Notes: a model not told the origin generated them from the sequence alone. Shown: positions 10,232-21,547, counted from the first letter of the stretch. The stretch: DNA of 64,000 bases from an uncultured Nitrospinota bacterium (GCA_963707985.1 CAVPRW010000045.1:224001-288000), one strand, 5' to 3'. Program-made: numbers and translations.

Positions 10232-12151
10232 TTAGAATACCGCCAGGAGATTCTGATTAACGGAGATCTCGTGACGTTCTTCCGCCTGCCGACGGAGTTC
10301 GTTAGACCACTGAGAGAAGCTCTGTTCACGTTTCTGACGTAGCACCTGCTGCTTCAGCTGAGCTTTATCCTTCTCATAACCTTCGGCATCGAATTCCTTG
10401 CGTTCCACAAGGACCGCAACAGCCGGTTGCTCCAAGAGATCGACCACTCGCACGTCACCCACGCGCATGCGGAAAACCTCCCGGATGAACTCTTGAGGAC
10501 GGCCCAATTGCGGGATGGCTCCATTTCGGGAAAAAAAGCCGGTCTGCTCAGTTTGAGTATTCAAGGACTGGGCGAGTTGCTCCAGTGATTGTCCCGCCTG
10601 TAATGCAGCGAGCCATTCGTCGGCTTTCTGCTGAGCCAATGTATGGGATTGCTCTCGCACCAAAGCCTCGCGGACCTCGTTCCTGATCTCCTCAAACGGC
10701 GGAGTATGCGGCGCTTTACGCTCAATGAGCTTCTCGACAAGGTATTGGTCGCCGCTCACTGTTGGTCGGCTGACCTCTCCGTCTTGCAATGTAGAAGCAG
10801 TCTGCATGAAGGCAGCGGAGTTTTCAAGCCCATCCACCACTTCCCCCTGTGCGATGAAAGGCGTTTCCCGTGGCACTAGTTCGAGACCTTGCACCGCTAT
10901 TATCCAGTCGCTTCCGGCGGCGACCATGACTTCATATACAGCCTGTGCTTTGGCTTCCGCTAGTCGACGTGCGCCTTCCCGAGTTAAACGTGTACGCAAC
11001 TCAGCCCGCACCACTTCAAGCGGATCGTATCCCGCTTGTTGCACTTCCTCCACCTTGATCAAATGGTATCCAAAGTCCGTTCGTACAGGGTCGCTAACGA
11101 CACCGGGCTTGAGTTCGAATGCCATCTCTTCGAAGGGTTTCACCATCTCACCGCGCTTAAAAAAGCCAAGATCCCCTCCCTGCTGGGCAGAGACCGGGTC
11201 TGCCGATAACTGGCTCGCCAACGCAGCAAAGTCCTCCCCTGCCTGAATTCTCTGCAGCGTAGTCTCGGCCTCACCCCGTACCCTAGATTCTTCCTCCGCC
11301 CCCGCTTGCTGCGCAAGCTTAAACAGGATGTGGCGCGCGCGCACTTGTTCTTCGTGGCGAAATTCTTCTTTATGCTGTTCATAATACTCTAGAAGCTGCT
11401 CGTCTGTTATCTCGACAAACGCTGTGAACTGTTCTGAATCGACGACAACGTATCCCAAGCGCATTTGCTCGGGTTTCCGAAAGTGGTCCAGATGCTCCTG
11501 GTAGTATGTCAACAAATCGGCGTCACTCACTTCCACCTGTGAGACAAACTGTGCCGGATCGGCGCGTAGATATTTGACGTTCACCTGCTCTTTATCGTGT
11601 ATAAAGGTTTGCTTTACCTCGGCTTCGGTGGCCTGGACCCCATCTTTAATAAGGTTTTCGAGTTTTCCCAGTAATAGATCCTCACGTTGGTTCTGTTCGA
11701 ATTCTGCCGGTGTCAGGCGCGATAGGCGGAGCACTTGCAGGTATCGGGAATGGTCAAAGCGGCCGTTCACCTGGAAAACGGGATAGGTCTGTACTTTCTC
11801 GATGAGCTCGGGATCACTCACCTTAAGTCCTTGCCGCATAGCCTCCCGGAGGAGGAGCTTGCGTTGCACCAGGGTATCCAACGCCTGCTGTTTGAGGTTG
11901 AGGCTACGGGCCAAATCCTCTGTGAAACGGTCCTGATAGAGCCGGCGATAAAAATCCGTCAGGTTGGTATAGGTCATCTGGAATTCTTGCAATGACACGC
12001 TCTCACCGCCGACAGTCCCGACATGCGCGTCAGGACGACCAGAGCGCTGCCAACCCCAATCGAGGAATATGGTGGCCACAAACGCGAGAACCACTGCCCC
12101 AAGTACTCCTTTGATAATCGCCGGTTGGGCTCGACGAATGGTATCAAGCAT
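10232..12151 (-). CDS. ppiD: PpiD/SurA-like periplasmic peptidyl-prolyl isomerase chaperone
   Basis: N-terminal TM anchor, SurA-N region, parvulin motifs [20 protein letters not shown]. Confidence 0.88.
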   Translation of the reverse strand: MLDTIRRAQPAIIKGVLGAVVLAFVATIFLDWGWQRSGRPDAHVGTVGGESVSLQEFQMTYTNLTDFYRRLYQDRFTEDLARSLNLKQQALDTLVQRKLLLREAMRQGLKVSDPELIEKVQTYPVFQVNGRFDHSRYLQVLRLSRLTPAEFEQNQREDLLLGKLENLIKDGVQATEAEVKQTFIHDKEQVNVKYLRADPAQFVSQVEVSDADLLTYYQEHLDHFRKPEQMRLGYVVVDSEQFTAFVEITDEQLLEYYEQHKEEFRHEEQVRARHILFKLAQQAGAEEESRVRGEAETTLQRIQAGEDFAALASQLSADPVSAQQGGDLGFFKRGEMVKPFEEMAFELKPGVVSDPVRTDFGYHLIKVEEVQQAGYDPLEVVRAELRTRLTREGARRLAEAKAQAVYEVMVAAGSDWIIAVQGLELVPRETPFIAQGEVVDGLENSAAFMQTASTLQDGEVSRPTVSGDQYLVEKLIERKAPHTPPFEEIRNEVREALVREQSHTLAQQKADEWLAALQAGQSLEQLAQSLNTQTEQTGFFSRNGAIPQLGRPQEFIREVFRMRVGDVRVVDLLEQPAVAVLVERKEFDAEGYEKDKAQLKQQVLRQKREQSFSQWSNELRRQAEERHEISVNQNLLAVF

Positions 12152-12398
12152 CCCCGTCGCACTCCTCCGCTAAAACTCCCACACCAGACCATAGACACCA
12201 GCCACCTCCACGTCTTCCCTAGTCGTTTATTCTACGTGTAGCGCCGTGGAAACACAAGAGCCAGGGGAGCACATCGGGGGGTTACCAAAATTCTGTTGCG
12301 TGCACTGAGGCAATTTCGCTAGAATAGACGTGCTGAGCGGGGAGGTGGTCCCGTGGACGTCTGCCGCCTTCCTCACGTCTGAGATCTGAGGGGATACA

Positions 12399-13274
12399 GT
12401 GCACGACCGTTCGCGTGCTCGGATTGACTCAACTTCTCCCTTGCATACTCCTCGTAAGCTGTCGCGGCGATCTCTAGCCCCATGGTCGGGTGTCGTCTGT
12501 TTTACCCTCCTGGCGGTGGTATCCCTTACCCTCCTAACTTGGAAGGTCAAGAACCGTGTACCCATTGCCTTGTTCGAGAATGCCGTGCTGTCGATCGCTC
12601 GCCCACTCCAGCAGGTGGCAACTTGGACGGCCGGGAGCATCAAGGAAGTATGGGGGAATTACGTCTATTTGGTTGGCGTTCAGCTGGACAACCAACGACT
12701 GCGAGAAGAGATCAAGTGGCTACGGCAGGAAAACCACCGTTATCTGGAAGCGTACCTGCAATATCAGCGCTTGCAGCGGCTATTGAATTTCCGTGAGCAA
12801 ACACCACTCGACGTCGTCGCCGCTGAAGTGGTGGGCCGCGACTCCAATAGCTGGACAGAGATCATCTATATCAACCGGGGCACGCACGATAAGGTAGCGA
12901 AGGGCTATCCCGTGGTTACGCACGATGGCTTAGTAGGCCAGGTCATTCACGCGGCACCAGCGCTTTCTCAGGTCATGTTACTGACTGATTTTCGTAGTGG
13001 AGTCGATGCGCTCGTGCAACGCACACGAGCGAGTGGAGTGGTTACCGGGCGCGGACGGGATCTAGCCGCATTAAAGTTCCTTCCTGTGGGGGCGGATATC
13101 CAACCTGGGGATCGCCTGATCTCCTCTGGCATGGGCGGGGTGTTTCCCAAGGGATTGATCATTGGGGCGGTCACGGATCATAGTCTCAACGGGCGCCAGG
13201 GGCAGCAGGTGGAGATCCAACCAAACGTTGATTTTTCTCACCTGGAGGAAGTCCTGGTACTCGTCAAACCCTGA
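12399..13274 (+). CDS. mreC: Rod shape-determining protein MreC (start uncertain)
   Basis: TM, coiled coil, GLVGQV, SGMGGVFPKGLIIG. Confidence 0.92.
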   Translation: MHDRSRARIDSTSPLHTPRKLSRRSLAPWSGVVCFTLLAVVSLTLLTWKVKNRVPIALFENAVLSIARPLQQVATWTAGSIKEVWGNYVYLVGVQLDNQRLREEIKWLRQENHRYLEAYLQYQRLQRLLNFREQTPLDVVAAEVVGRDSNSWTEIIYINRGTHDKVAKGYPVVTHDGLVGQVIHAAPALSQVMLLTDFRSGVDALVQRTRASGVVTGRGRDLAALKFLPVGADIQPGDRLISSGMGGVFPKGLIIGAVTDHSLNGRQGQQVEIQPNVDFSHLEEVLVLVKP

Positions 13275-13289
13275 GTACAGTGAGTCCCT

Positions 13290-13820
13290 ATGTTCCCGGC
13301 GATTCTTTTATCCATTGTCTTGCTAAATCAGATCTATTCACCATTGCGCTTGTTGCCAGGGGGATTAACGCCCGATATGGCGCTGTTAGCCGCCGTGGCG
13401 GGTGGGCGGGTATACACGTCATGGGGGGCTGCGGCTTTAGGGTTCGCCGCAGGGCTGCTGCAGGAGACCCTGACAGGAGGGCTCATCGGCGTTGGAGCTC
13501 TCTCAAAGGGGTTAACCGGATTAGTGTGGACCCGTTTGTGGAACCATGCCGTCAGCGATGCCCCTCTGTTGCAACTGCCCCTGCTGGCCGGCTTGACGGT
13601 CTTCGATGGCGCGATCTTTTTTGGCAGCTCGATGTTGTTCTCGACGCCCACGTCCTCTTGGGATGTCTTTTTTCCCTTGCTCTGGCGGCAACTTCTGTCC
13701 AACATGCTGTTCGGGCCGTTCCTGCTCATGCTGTTTGCCGCCATCCATCGCAGGCTGAAACGTCCCAGGCGTTTGAGCCGGAGACGACATGCATCAGCGA
13801 TTACATTCCAAGCCGAATGA
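13290..13820 (+). CDS. mreD: Rod shape-determining protein MreD
   Basis: Hydrophobic multi-TM protein with PD..L and GF..GLL motifs, between mreC and mrdA. Confidence 0.8.
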   Translation: MFPAILLSIVLLNQIYSPLRLLPGGLTPDMALLAAVAGGRVYTSWGAAALGFAAGLLQETLTGGLIGVGALSKGLTGLVWTRLWNHAVSDAPLLQLPLLAGLTVFDGAIFFGSSMLFSTPTSSWDVFFPLLWRQLLSNMLFGPFLLMLFAAIHRRLKRPRRLSRRRHASAITFQAE

Positions 13821-15687
13821 AGAGGTTCGACGTCGCCTCTTCGTCCTCATAGCCGTGCTCGTCCTCGGTTTTACCGTGCTGCTCCTCCGCGTTTGGTATT
13901 TGCAGGTGATCGAAGGTGAGCATTTTGCCACATTATCAGAGAGCAACCGCATTCGTACGATTCCCCAGCGTGATGTGCGTGGTCAGATTCTAGATCGCTC
14001 CGGCAAAGTGCTGGTCGATAATCGGACCTCCTTCACGCTTTCCGTGCTTCCTGAGGAAACACCGAAACTAGACCTCCTGATCCCACGCCTCAAAGACCAA
14101 CTGCCCATTCGATGGGACGAAGTGGAGCCTAAGCTGAAACAGGCATACGCTTACCGGACGATTCAACTGCTCAAGGATTTGACACGGGAACAGGTGGCCT
14201 ATCTTGCGGAGCATCGATGGGACCTTCCAGGTGTCTTCTTGGATGTCGAACATGTGCGTCACTACGCATACGGGGAATTGAGTGCACATACGCTGGGCTA
14301 CATTGGAGAGATCAATGAAGAGCAATTAAAGGATGCCCGCGAGTATGGTTATCGGATGGGCGATTATATCGGGCAATCAGGAGTCGAAAAGCTCTATGAA
14401 CGAGCCCTGCGCGGCACAAAAGGGGCGAGAGAGGTCGAAGTCGACGCCCTCGGGCGCGAATTGCAACTGATGGAGGAACGCGAGCCTAGACCAGGGATGA
14501 ATCTCGTCCTGACGCTCGACCTCGGACTTCAGCAATTAGTTGAAGAAGAGATGGCCGGTCAGTCAGGCTCTGTCGTGGTGATGGACCCGCGGAATGGTGA
14601 GATCCTGGCTATGGTGAGTAAGCCGTCGTATGATCCCAATCTCTTTGTGACTGGCATTTCTGTTTCGAATTGGATGCGTCTTCTCAAAGACCCCAGAAAA
14701 CCTATGCAAAACCGTGCGATCCAGGCGCAATATCCACCGGGGTCAACATATAAGATCGTCATGGCGGTCGCAGGTTTGGAAGAGGGACTTATCACCCCCA
14801 AGACAACAGTTCACTGTAATGGTCTCTTCCCCTTCGGCAATCGCGTGTTCAAGGACTGGAGAAAAGGCGGGCATGGACCTGTTAATGTACACTCAGCATT
14901 GGTCCAATCATGCGATGTTTTTTTCTATACCTTGGGGCATCGTCTTGGGATCGATACCATCGCCCGCTATGCCAAGGGTTTTGGACTAGGTATGGCATCA
15001 GGGTACGATCCCCTTCACGAGAAGCCCGGCTTGGTCCCTTCGACAGCCTGGAAACGACAGGTACGTGGTGAACCGTGGTATCCGGGCGAGACCATCTCGG
15101 CCGCGATTGGACAGGGGTACAACCTGGTGACCCCGATGCAGTTACTTAATGTCATCAGCGCTGTGGCCAACGGTGGGGTGCGGTATCGACCGCGCATTGT
15201 CAAACGACTTGAAACCTCCGATGGGAAGGCGGTTCAGGAGTTTGAGCCGGAACGGATGGGAGAAATCCCAGCGCGTCCCGAGACGCTCCGCATCGTGCAG
15301 CAGGCCTTGTTCGGTGTGGTCAATGAGGCGCGGGGAACGGGCTGGCGAGCACGCCATGAACAGGTCAACATTGGTGGAAAAACGGGCACTGTGCAGGTCA
15401 TCTCCAACTCACCCAAAGGCGATAAGCTGCCGGAGCGTTTCCGTGATCATGGCTGGTTCGTCGCCTTTGCTCCCGTTGAGAACCCGCAGCTTGCCATCGT
15501 CATTCTTGGGGAACATGGCGGGCGTGGCGGATCAACCTATGCTCCGATTGCTCGCAAGATCGTTGAATATTACCTAAAGCTGTCGCCGACGCCTCAACCG
15601 CAGTCACCTGTAGTGGTGCAACGTCCCGCCGCCCGGCAACCTGTGGCAGCTACGAGTTATATGCCGCAACCGACAACAACCCAATAA
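13789..15687 (+). CDS. mrdA: Penicillin-binding protein 2
   Basis: RGQILDR, YPPGSTYK (SxxK), SCD, KTGT. Confidence 0.95.
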   Translation: MHQRLHSKPNEEVRRRLFVLIAVLVLGFTVLLLRVWYLQVIEGEHFATLSESNRIRTIPQRDVRGQILDRSGKVLVDNRTSFTLSVLPEETPKLDLLIPRLKDQLPIRWDEVEPKLKQAYAYRTIQLLKDLTREQVAYLAEHRWDLPGVFLDVEHVRHYAYGELSAHTLGYIGEINEEQLKDAREYGYRMGDYIGQSGVEKLYERALRGTKGAREVEVDALGRELQLMEEREPRPGMNLVLTLDLGLQQLVEEEMAGQSGSVVVMDPRNGEILAMVSKPSYDPNLFVTGISVSNWMRLLKDPRKPMQNRAIQAQYPPGSTYKIVMAVAGLEEGLITPKTTVHCNGLFPFGNRVFKDWRKGGHGPVNVHSALVQSCDVFFYTLGHRLGIDTIARYAKGFGLGMASGYDPLHEKPGLVPSTAWKRQVRGEPWYPGETISAAIGQGYNLVTPMQLLNVISAVANGGVRYRPRIVKRLETSDGKAVQEFEPERMGEIPARPETLRIVQQALFGVVNEARGTGWRARHEQVNIGGKTGTVQVISNSPKGDKLPERFRDHGWFVAFAPVENPQLAIVILGEHGGRGGSTYAPIARKIVEYYLKLSPTPQPQSPVVVQRPAARQPVAATSYMPQPTTTQ

Positions 15688-15708
15688 TAAGGGAAGATAT
15701 CTTCTACG

Positions 15709-16812
15709 ATGATCGATCGTCGCATGCTGGTGAATATCGACTGGATGCTTATCCTGATGGTCGGTGGTATCGTTGCCTGGGGTCTTGTTACGGTCTATAG
15801 CGCCACGCACGGACGTTTAGAGACGCATCTCGACGATTTCTACCTAAAGCAGATCTATTGGTTTGGTGCCGGCCTTGTACTAATGGTGTTGGTCACCTTA
15901 GTAGACTACCAACTCCTAAGTCGAACTGCCTATCCCCTGCTGGCATTTGGGATTCTCTTACTCGTCATAGTTTTTCTCTTTGGGCGTGTGGCGTCCGGAG
16001 CACGCCGTTGGCTTGTGTTAGGCCCTCTCTCCTTGCAACCATCAGAACTGGTAAAAGTCTTTCTCGTGCTCAGTTTGGCTCGGTACTTCACCGAAACTCG
16101 TCGAGACGGTGGTCTGCGTTTCCGCGATTTGCTCATCCCGTTAGGGATGGTTGTGGTGCCCTTCGCCCTTATCGCCAAGCAGCCCGATCTTGGGACTGCC
16201 CTGGTGTTGTTCTTTGTGGCGAGTGCTCTCATCTTCGCCTCTGGCTTCCCGCTCAAGATTCTGATGTTGATTACGGGTGGGGGGGTAATCGCCATGCCAA
16301 TTGGCTGGACCTTCCTGAAGGACTACCAGAAGGTCCGTGTCATTACCCTCCTGAACCCCGATTTCGATCCTTTGGGGGCAGGGTATCATAGTTGGCAGTC
16401 GAAGATTGCCATCGGTTCGGGGGGATTCTGGGGCAAGGGGTGGCTGGCAGGGACGCAAAGCGGTTTGAACTTCCTCCCGGAGAAGCATACGGACTTTATT
16501 TTCGCGGTGTTCGCCGAGGAGTGGGGCTTCGTTGGCACGGCAGCTTTGATTGTGTTGTATTTAGTCTTGCTGCTGCGCGGCATCAACATTGCTTACTCAT
16601 CGAAAGACCGGCTCGGCTGCTTAATCGCCACAGGTGTGGTAGCCATGCTGAGCGTCTATATCCTGTTCAATATTGGTATGACGGTCGGCCTCACCCCGGT
16701 GGTGGGATTGCCCTTACCACTGTTTAGTTATGGTGGTTCGTCTATGTTGGCGACGATGGTCGCCATCGGCCTCCTGCTCAATATCCGTATGCGCCGCTTT
16801 CTCTATAGTTGA
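15709..16812 (+). CDS. rodA: SEDS peptidoglycan polymerase RodA
   Basis: QPSE, QPDLGT, PEKHTDFIF, SYGGSS. Confidence 0.95.
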   Translation: MIDRRMLVNIDWMLILMVGGIVAWGLVTVYSATHGRLETHLDDFYLKQIYWFGAGLVLMVLVTLVDYQLLSRTAYPLLAFGILLLVIVFLFGRVASGARRWLVLGPLSLQPSELVKVFLVLSLARYFTETRRDGGLRFRDLLIPLGMVVVPFALIAKQPDLGTALVLFFVASALIFASGFPLKILMLITGGGVIAMPIGWTFLKDYQKVRVITLLNPDFDPLGAGYHSWQSKIAIGSGGFWGKGWLAGTQSGLNFLPEKHTDFIFAVFAEEWGFVGTAALIVLYLVLLLRGINIAYSSKDRLGCLIATGVVAMLSVYILFNIGMTVGLTPVVGLPLPLFSYGGSSMLATMVAIGLLLNIRMRRFLYS

Positions 16813-16976
16813 ATCAACGGCCACAGGTCTCAATCCCCTCTTTGGTGGAGAGACATCGGTCGACAGAGGGGGCTTCGCATAGTACATGTCGCGATTGGTA
16901 CCACGGTAGATCACCTGGGTTTCGTCGTCACCGGGTGATCGTTGAATGTTCAACGTAGCATTGCAGGGGAACCCCT

Positions 16977-18512
16977 ATGGGGAGCGAGATCCTGATCGAC
17001 ACGACTTCCCACGAAACCAGGGTTGCACTCCTAGAGAATGGCTCGGTTTCTGAGCTCTATATGGAGCGGGAACGCGACAAAGGCATCGTTGGCAACATTT
17101 ACAAAGGGATCGTAACGAAGATTCTTCCTGGCATGCAAGCGGCTTTTGTGGATATGGGGTTACGACGCGCTGGGTTTCTGTACGTGGCCGATGTCGAATC
17201 ACTCGACGGGGGAGAATCGTTGGAGAAGTTCGTGGAGGACGAACCCACTGAGGAGGACGACAAGCTTTTGGTTGATAAACGTCGTCCGGGAAGACGCGTG
17301 CTGGATTCTCCCATCGAAGACCTCTTACAAGAAGGGCAAGAGATCTTAGTGCAGGTGTCAAAGGAGCCCATCGGCACCAAAGGGGCCCGTCTCACCTCAT
17401 ATATAACGTTACCTGGGCGTTACCTGGTTTTCATGCCGATGGTGGATCACATTGGGGTTTCACGTCGCATCGTCAATGAGGAGGAGCGGCTGCGTCTCAA
17501 GGACATCGTGCGCGAAGCCAAGCAGCCTGGTGTGGGCTTTATCGTCCGCACCGTAAGCGAAGGGGTGGACCGCCAAGAACTGCATTCGGACATGACATTT
17601 CTGACCAAGTTGTGGGAAGACATTCAGCGCAAGGCCGCTGCGGCTCCTGCCCCGGCCCTAGTGCATCCTGACCTCAATATTATCTTGCGCACCGTTCGGG
17701 ATCTATTCACCAGCGAGGTGGATGCCCTGATCATCGAAAGCGTCCAAGATTACGAGACGTGCCTTGATTTCGTACGTTCCTACCTGCCTGATCTACAGCC
17801 GAAAATTCAGTTGTACCACGGAAAAGAACCTCTGTTCGAGGCCTATGGGTTGGAACTTGAAATCGAGCGCGCCCTTGGACGCAAGATTTGGCTGAAATCT
17901 GGGGGATACATCGTCATCGATCAAACTGAGGCCCTGGTGGCCGTAGATGTCAATACCGGCCGCTTCGTCGGCAAACGCAATCCGGAGGAGACGATCCTCC
18001 AGACGAACCTTGAAGCCATTAAAGAGATCGTGTATCAACTCCGGCTGCGCAATATCGGTGGGATCATCATCATCGATTTTATCGATATGGAGCGTGAGGA
18101 AAATCGCGAGAAGGTGTACAATGCTTTACTGAACGCTCTGCGGAGCGACCGTTCACGCACCAGAATCTCTAAGATCTCCGAGCTGGGTCTGGTCGAGATG
18201 ACGCGCAAGCGGGTGCGTGAAAGCCTCGGGCGGGTAATTTGTCGGCCTTGTCCATATTGTGATGGGAGCGGCACCATTAAGTCTGCGGCGACGATCTGTT
18301 ACGAGATTCTCCGTGAGATCCGGCGCGCCGCAGCGACCTCTCAGAAACGACGCAAGATTTTGGTCCGATTGCACCCAATCGTCGCCGACCTCCTTCTGGA
18401 AGAAGAGGGCGGGTTTCTAGAGTCGCTCGAGCAAGAATTCCAGAAGCAGATTATAGTGAAGGGCGATTACGACCTACATGAAGAGCAATACGAGGTCATG
18501 CTGCTGTCATGA
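16977..18512 (+). CDS. rng: Ribonuclease G (Rne/Rng family)
   Basis: GNIYKG, GMQAAFVD, DVNTG, LRLRNIGGIIIIDFIDM, CPYC. Confidence 0.93.
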   Translation: MGSEILIDTTSHETRVALLENGSVSELYMERERDKGIVGNIYKGIVTKILPGMQAAFVDMGLRRAGFLYVADVESLDGGESLEKFVEDEPTEEDDKLLVDKRRPGRRVLDSPIEDLLQEGQEILVQVSKEPIGTKGARLTSYITLPGRYLVFMPMVDHIGVSRRIVNEEERLRLKDIVREAKQPGVGFIVRTVSEGVDRQELHSDMTFLTKLWEDIQRKAAAAPAPALVHPDLNIILRTVRDLFTSEVDALIIESVQDYETCLDFVRSYLPDLQPKIQLYHGKEPLFEAYGLELEIERALGRKIWLKSGGYIVIDQTEALVAVDVNTGRFVGKRNPEETILQTNLEAIKEIVYQLRLRNIGGIIIIDFIDMEREENREKVYNALLNALRSDRSRTRISKISELGLVEMTRKRVRESLGRVICRPCPYCDGSGTIKSAATICYEILREIRRAAATSQKRRKILVRLHPIVADLLLEEEGGFLESLEQEFQKQIIVKGDYDLHEEQYEVMLLS

Positions 18513-19267
18513 TGCCGGCAGAGGATCAAGGCCATGCACGAGGCCACTGCTCTAGTGGAGCGCGACCTGAGGTATGGCTGGGCTCTCAGCAGTCAATGTC
18601 CCTGGGTAAACGGGTCTGGTTCGGATTTTCCTGGCTGGCTCTTGGAGCGTTTTTGGCCGGCCTCAATCGACTCAAGGTGACGGGTGCGGAGCATATTCCT
18701 CCAGGTGGGGGGGTGTTGCTCGCCGCCAATCATCTCTCAATTTTTGATACGCTTCTGATCCCCTGGGTGAATATTGCCAAGGTCCGTTTGGAGGTCGTTT
18801 GGGCTCCAGCGAAGGCAGAACTCTTCGACATTCCTGTACTTAATCACATCATTGCCAGCTGGGGCGCTTTTCCGGTGCAGCGTGGCGGGCGCGATGTACG
18901 AGCCATGCGACGCCTCGTTGAGCTGATGCGACATGAAAAAGTCATGCTGTTTCCTGAGGGGACCCGCAGTGTCGACGGCGGGCTAGGCAGGGGTAACCGC
19001 GTGGTCGGGAAATTGATTTATCTGGCGCGACCTCTCGTCATTCCAACGGCGATCCTGGGGACCGACCGATTATTAGCTAAAGGACGATTTTTGCCACGGT
19101 TGTTCTCTAAGCTAGAGGTTCGCTTTGGCCCTCCACTTGACCTCGAGAGCTATTATGCCGCCAAAGACACGAAAGCTACCGCAGAAGCCCTCATGTCTTC
19201 CGTGATGCGGAGTATCGCACGCCTACGCGGCGAGGAGGCGATGTGGCTGAAGAGATTTCCAGCTTGA
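18509..19267 (+). CDS. plsC: 1-acyl-sn-glycerol-3-phosphate acyltransferase family protein
   Basis: NHLSIFD and FPEGTRS motifs; start may be downstream of the called one. Confidence 0.85.
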   Translation: MMPAEDQGHARGHCSSGARPEVWLGSQQSMSLGKRVWFGFSWLALGAFLAGLNRLKVTGAEHIPPGGGVLLAANHLSIFDTLLIPWVNIAKVRLEVVWAPAKAELFDIPVLNHIIASWGAFPVQRGGRDVRAMRRLVELMRHEKVMLFPEGTRSVDGGLGRGNRVVGKLIYLARPLVIPTAILGTDRLLAKGRFLPRLFSKLEVRFGPPLDLESYYAAKDTKATAEALMSSVMRSIARLRGEEAMWLKRFPA

Positions 19268-19719
19268 GAAGGGCACTGGAACGGTCATTACGCGATCTCG
19301 GTCTTCAGAAGCGCCTGAAGACCGAGAAGCTCTCAGTGCTGTGGCCCAAAATCGTTGGTCCCAGTGTGGCGAAAGTTGCTTTTCCGGCCCAATTTCGCAA
19401 TGGTACGCTGTTCATCGATGTCGCCGATAATGTCTGGATGCAAGAGCTAAAGTTTCAGGAGGGGGAGTTGATTGGACGGCTCAACGACGCCCTAGGCGAG
19501 CCCTTGGTGCGCCGCCTCTTCTTTCAACTGGCCCGTACCCCGCTACCAAACTCCACCGCACACCGTGAGGCGACGGCCGCCCCGCTCGCCACAACACCAC
19601 TTGACCCGCAACAAGAACTTGCGCTTGCGCAGGAGGTGGCGAGCGTGCGCGATCCTGAATTAAGAGCAATCCTGAAAGATTTTCGGCGTCGACTGTTGCA
19701 GGCCCGCCCCACCCCATAA
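19243..19719 (+). CDS. DUF721/DciA family protein
   Basis: WPKIVG..VA, GTLFIDV, WMQEL pattern. Confidence 0.75.
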   Translation: MAEEISSLRRALERSLRDLGLQKRLKTEKLSVLWPKIVGPSVAKVAFPAQFRNGTLFIDVADNVWMQELKFQEGELIGRLNDALGEPLVRRLFFQLARTPLPNSTAHREATAAPLATTPLDPQQELALAQEVASVRDPELRAILKDFRRRLLQARPTP

Positions 19720-19750
19720 ACCGCTCTGGGGCGGCTAGGAAGGATATTAC

Positions 19751-21547
19751 ATGGATGGGCGTGCAGGACAAATGGCTAAGGCTCAGGGCTCCTCGGATGT
19801 TTTTAGATGGATGCTAGTCCTGCTCCTCATCGGCTGTTGGCGTGCAATGGTCTTGGGCGGAATCGCAGATGACGCCGCTCCCCCCGTCCCTCAACGCGCC
19901 AATGAGGCTCAGACTAGTGAGACGAAGGACAAAGTCTCTCCAGCTGCCTATTTTTTCTACATGGTAGGATATTACCACGAGCTTAGCCAGCGTTTTCCAG
20001 AAGCATTGGCGGCCTATCGGCTAGCGCGAGACTACGATCCTGACTCTCTGGTTCTGATTACCAGCCTAGTCTCTGTTATGGGGAGAAGTGGTGATGTGCG
20101 GGGTGCCATCGCCCTCGCGGAGCAGGCTATTCAGAAGCATCCTCAGGCCATTGCTCTGCGCATGCTCCTGGGCAATCTGTACTCGAGTAGCCGTGAGCGT
20201 CAGGCTGCCATCGTGCAATTTCAAGAGGCCCTCCAACTCGACCCGACGCTCGAGGATGCCTATTTAGCCCTCGGCACCCTCTACGAGGAAGAACGCAACT
20301 ACACGGCTGCCCGAACCCTCCTGGAATCACTTCTCGCGCGCCAGCCCGAATCGTTCCTGGGCTATTTCCAGCTGGCACGCATCATGGTTGAGTTGAAAGA
20401 TTACGTCACGGCTGAAGCGATGCTCCTGAAGGCCGTCTCGTTAAATCCAGACTTCGATCGCGCCTGGATCGCGCTAGGCGGCGTGTATGAAGCGCAAGGC
20501 AAAGATCAGGATGCAATCCAGCTCTATCAGGAGGCTCTGAAAGCCAATCCCATCAATAATGAATTGCGCATACGTCTCGGCCAAGTATTTATTAGGCGCG
20601 AAAACCTCCCTGCCGCGCTCCATGAGTATGAGGTTATGCGCAAGGTCGACCCGGATAACCTGTGGCTACGCACTCGTATCGGCCTGATCCTGCTCGAACA
20701 ACGCGAACCACAGAAAGCCCTCCCGGAGTTTGAGGGCATTATAGCCGCACATCCGGACGATCTTATGAGTCGTTTTTATCTGGCCCTGACCTATACTGAA
20801 TTAGGGCAACAAGATCGCGCCCTTGAGCTACTCGACCAGATTCGAGAAGCTAACCCCACCGATGTTGATCTGCTCTTACGGTTGGCTCAACTCTATGAAA
20901 AGCTCGATCGTTCGATCTATACCCTACAATTGCTCGAACGAGCGCTGGCGCAAGACCCTGACAATCCTCGTGTCAATTTTTCGATCGGCTTACTTCAATC
21001 TGGAGCGAAACGTTATCCGGAAGCGATTGAGGCACTGAAACGTGCTGTGGCACTGGACCAAACGAACGATCGCTATTATTTCAATCTGGGAGCTGCGTAT
21101 GAGCGCTTGGGAGACTTCGATAACGCCGTGATGGCCATGCGCAAAGCCATCGAATTGAATCCGCAAGGAGCAAATGCCCTGAATTATCTAGGCTACATGT
21201 ATGCTGACCGAGGCATCAATCTGGACGAATCTATCGAGCTGGTACGGCGAGCACTGGTGTTTGAGCCGGAGAATGGTTATTATATCGATAGCCTAGGATG
21301 GGCATATTTCAAAAAGGGTATGCTAAACGAGGCCATGCAGGAATTGAAACGCGCGGTAGCTGTGGTCCCTGATGACCCAGTCATTATCGAACATTTAGGT
21401 GACATTTACTTCGACCTCAAAATGTTCCGCGAAGCCCAAGAGGCATGGGAACGATCCCTGCAGTTGCAGCCTGAAAACGAGGCGGTCGTTGGGAAGCTGC
21501 AGAAAGTCAAAGGCCTCCTAGAACATCGTATGCAAAGCCAGCAATGA
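19751..21547 (+). CDS. Exported tetratricopeptide-repeat protein
   Basis: Signal-like segment, many TPRs, ALNYLGY..AD and YIDSLGWAY as in TPR proteins found upstream of lolB-ispE. Confidence 0.88.
   Translation: MDGRAGQMAKAQGSSDVFRWMLVLLLIGCWRAMVLGGIADDAAPPVPQRANEAQTSETKDKVSPAAYFFYMVGYYHELSQRFPEALAAYRLARDYDPDSLVLITSLVSVMGRSGDVRGAIALAEQAIQKHPQAIALRMLLGNLYSSSRERQAAIVQFQEALQLDPTLEDAYLALGTLYEEERNYTAARTLLESLLARQPESFLGYFQLARIMVELKDYVTAEAMLLKAVSLNPDFDRAWIALGGVYEAQGKDQDAIQLYQEALKANPINNELRIRLGQVFIRRENLPAALHEYEVMRKVDPDNLWLRTRIGLILLEQREPQKALPEFEGIIAAHPDDLMSRFYLALTYTELGQQDRALELLDQIREANPTDVDLLLRLAQLYEKLDRSIYTLQLLERALAQDPDNPRVNFSIGLLQSGAKRYPEAIEALKRAVALDQTNDRYYFNLGAAYERLGDFDNAVMAMRKAIELNPQGANALNYLGYMYADRGINLDESIELVRRALVFEPENGYYIDSLGWAYFKKGMLNEAMQELKRAVAVVPDDPVIIEHLGDIYFDLKMFREAQEAWERSLQLQPENEAVVGKLQKVKGLLEHRMQSQQ

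Noticed and set aside
16827..16960. Possible CRISPR array
   Set aside because: Only one repeat-like unit, no regularly spaced copies and no cas genes in the window.
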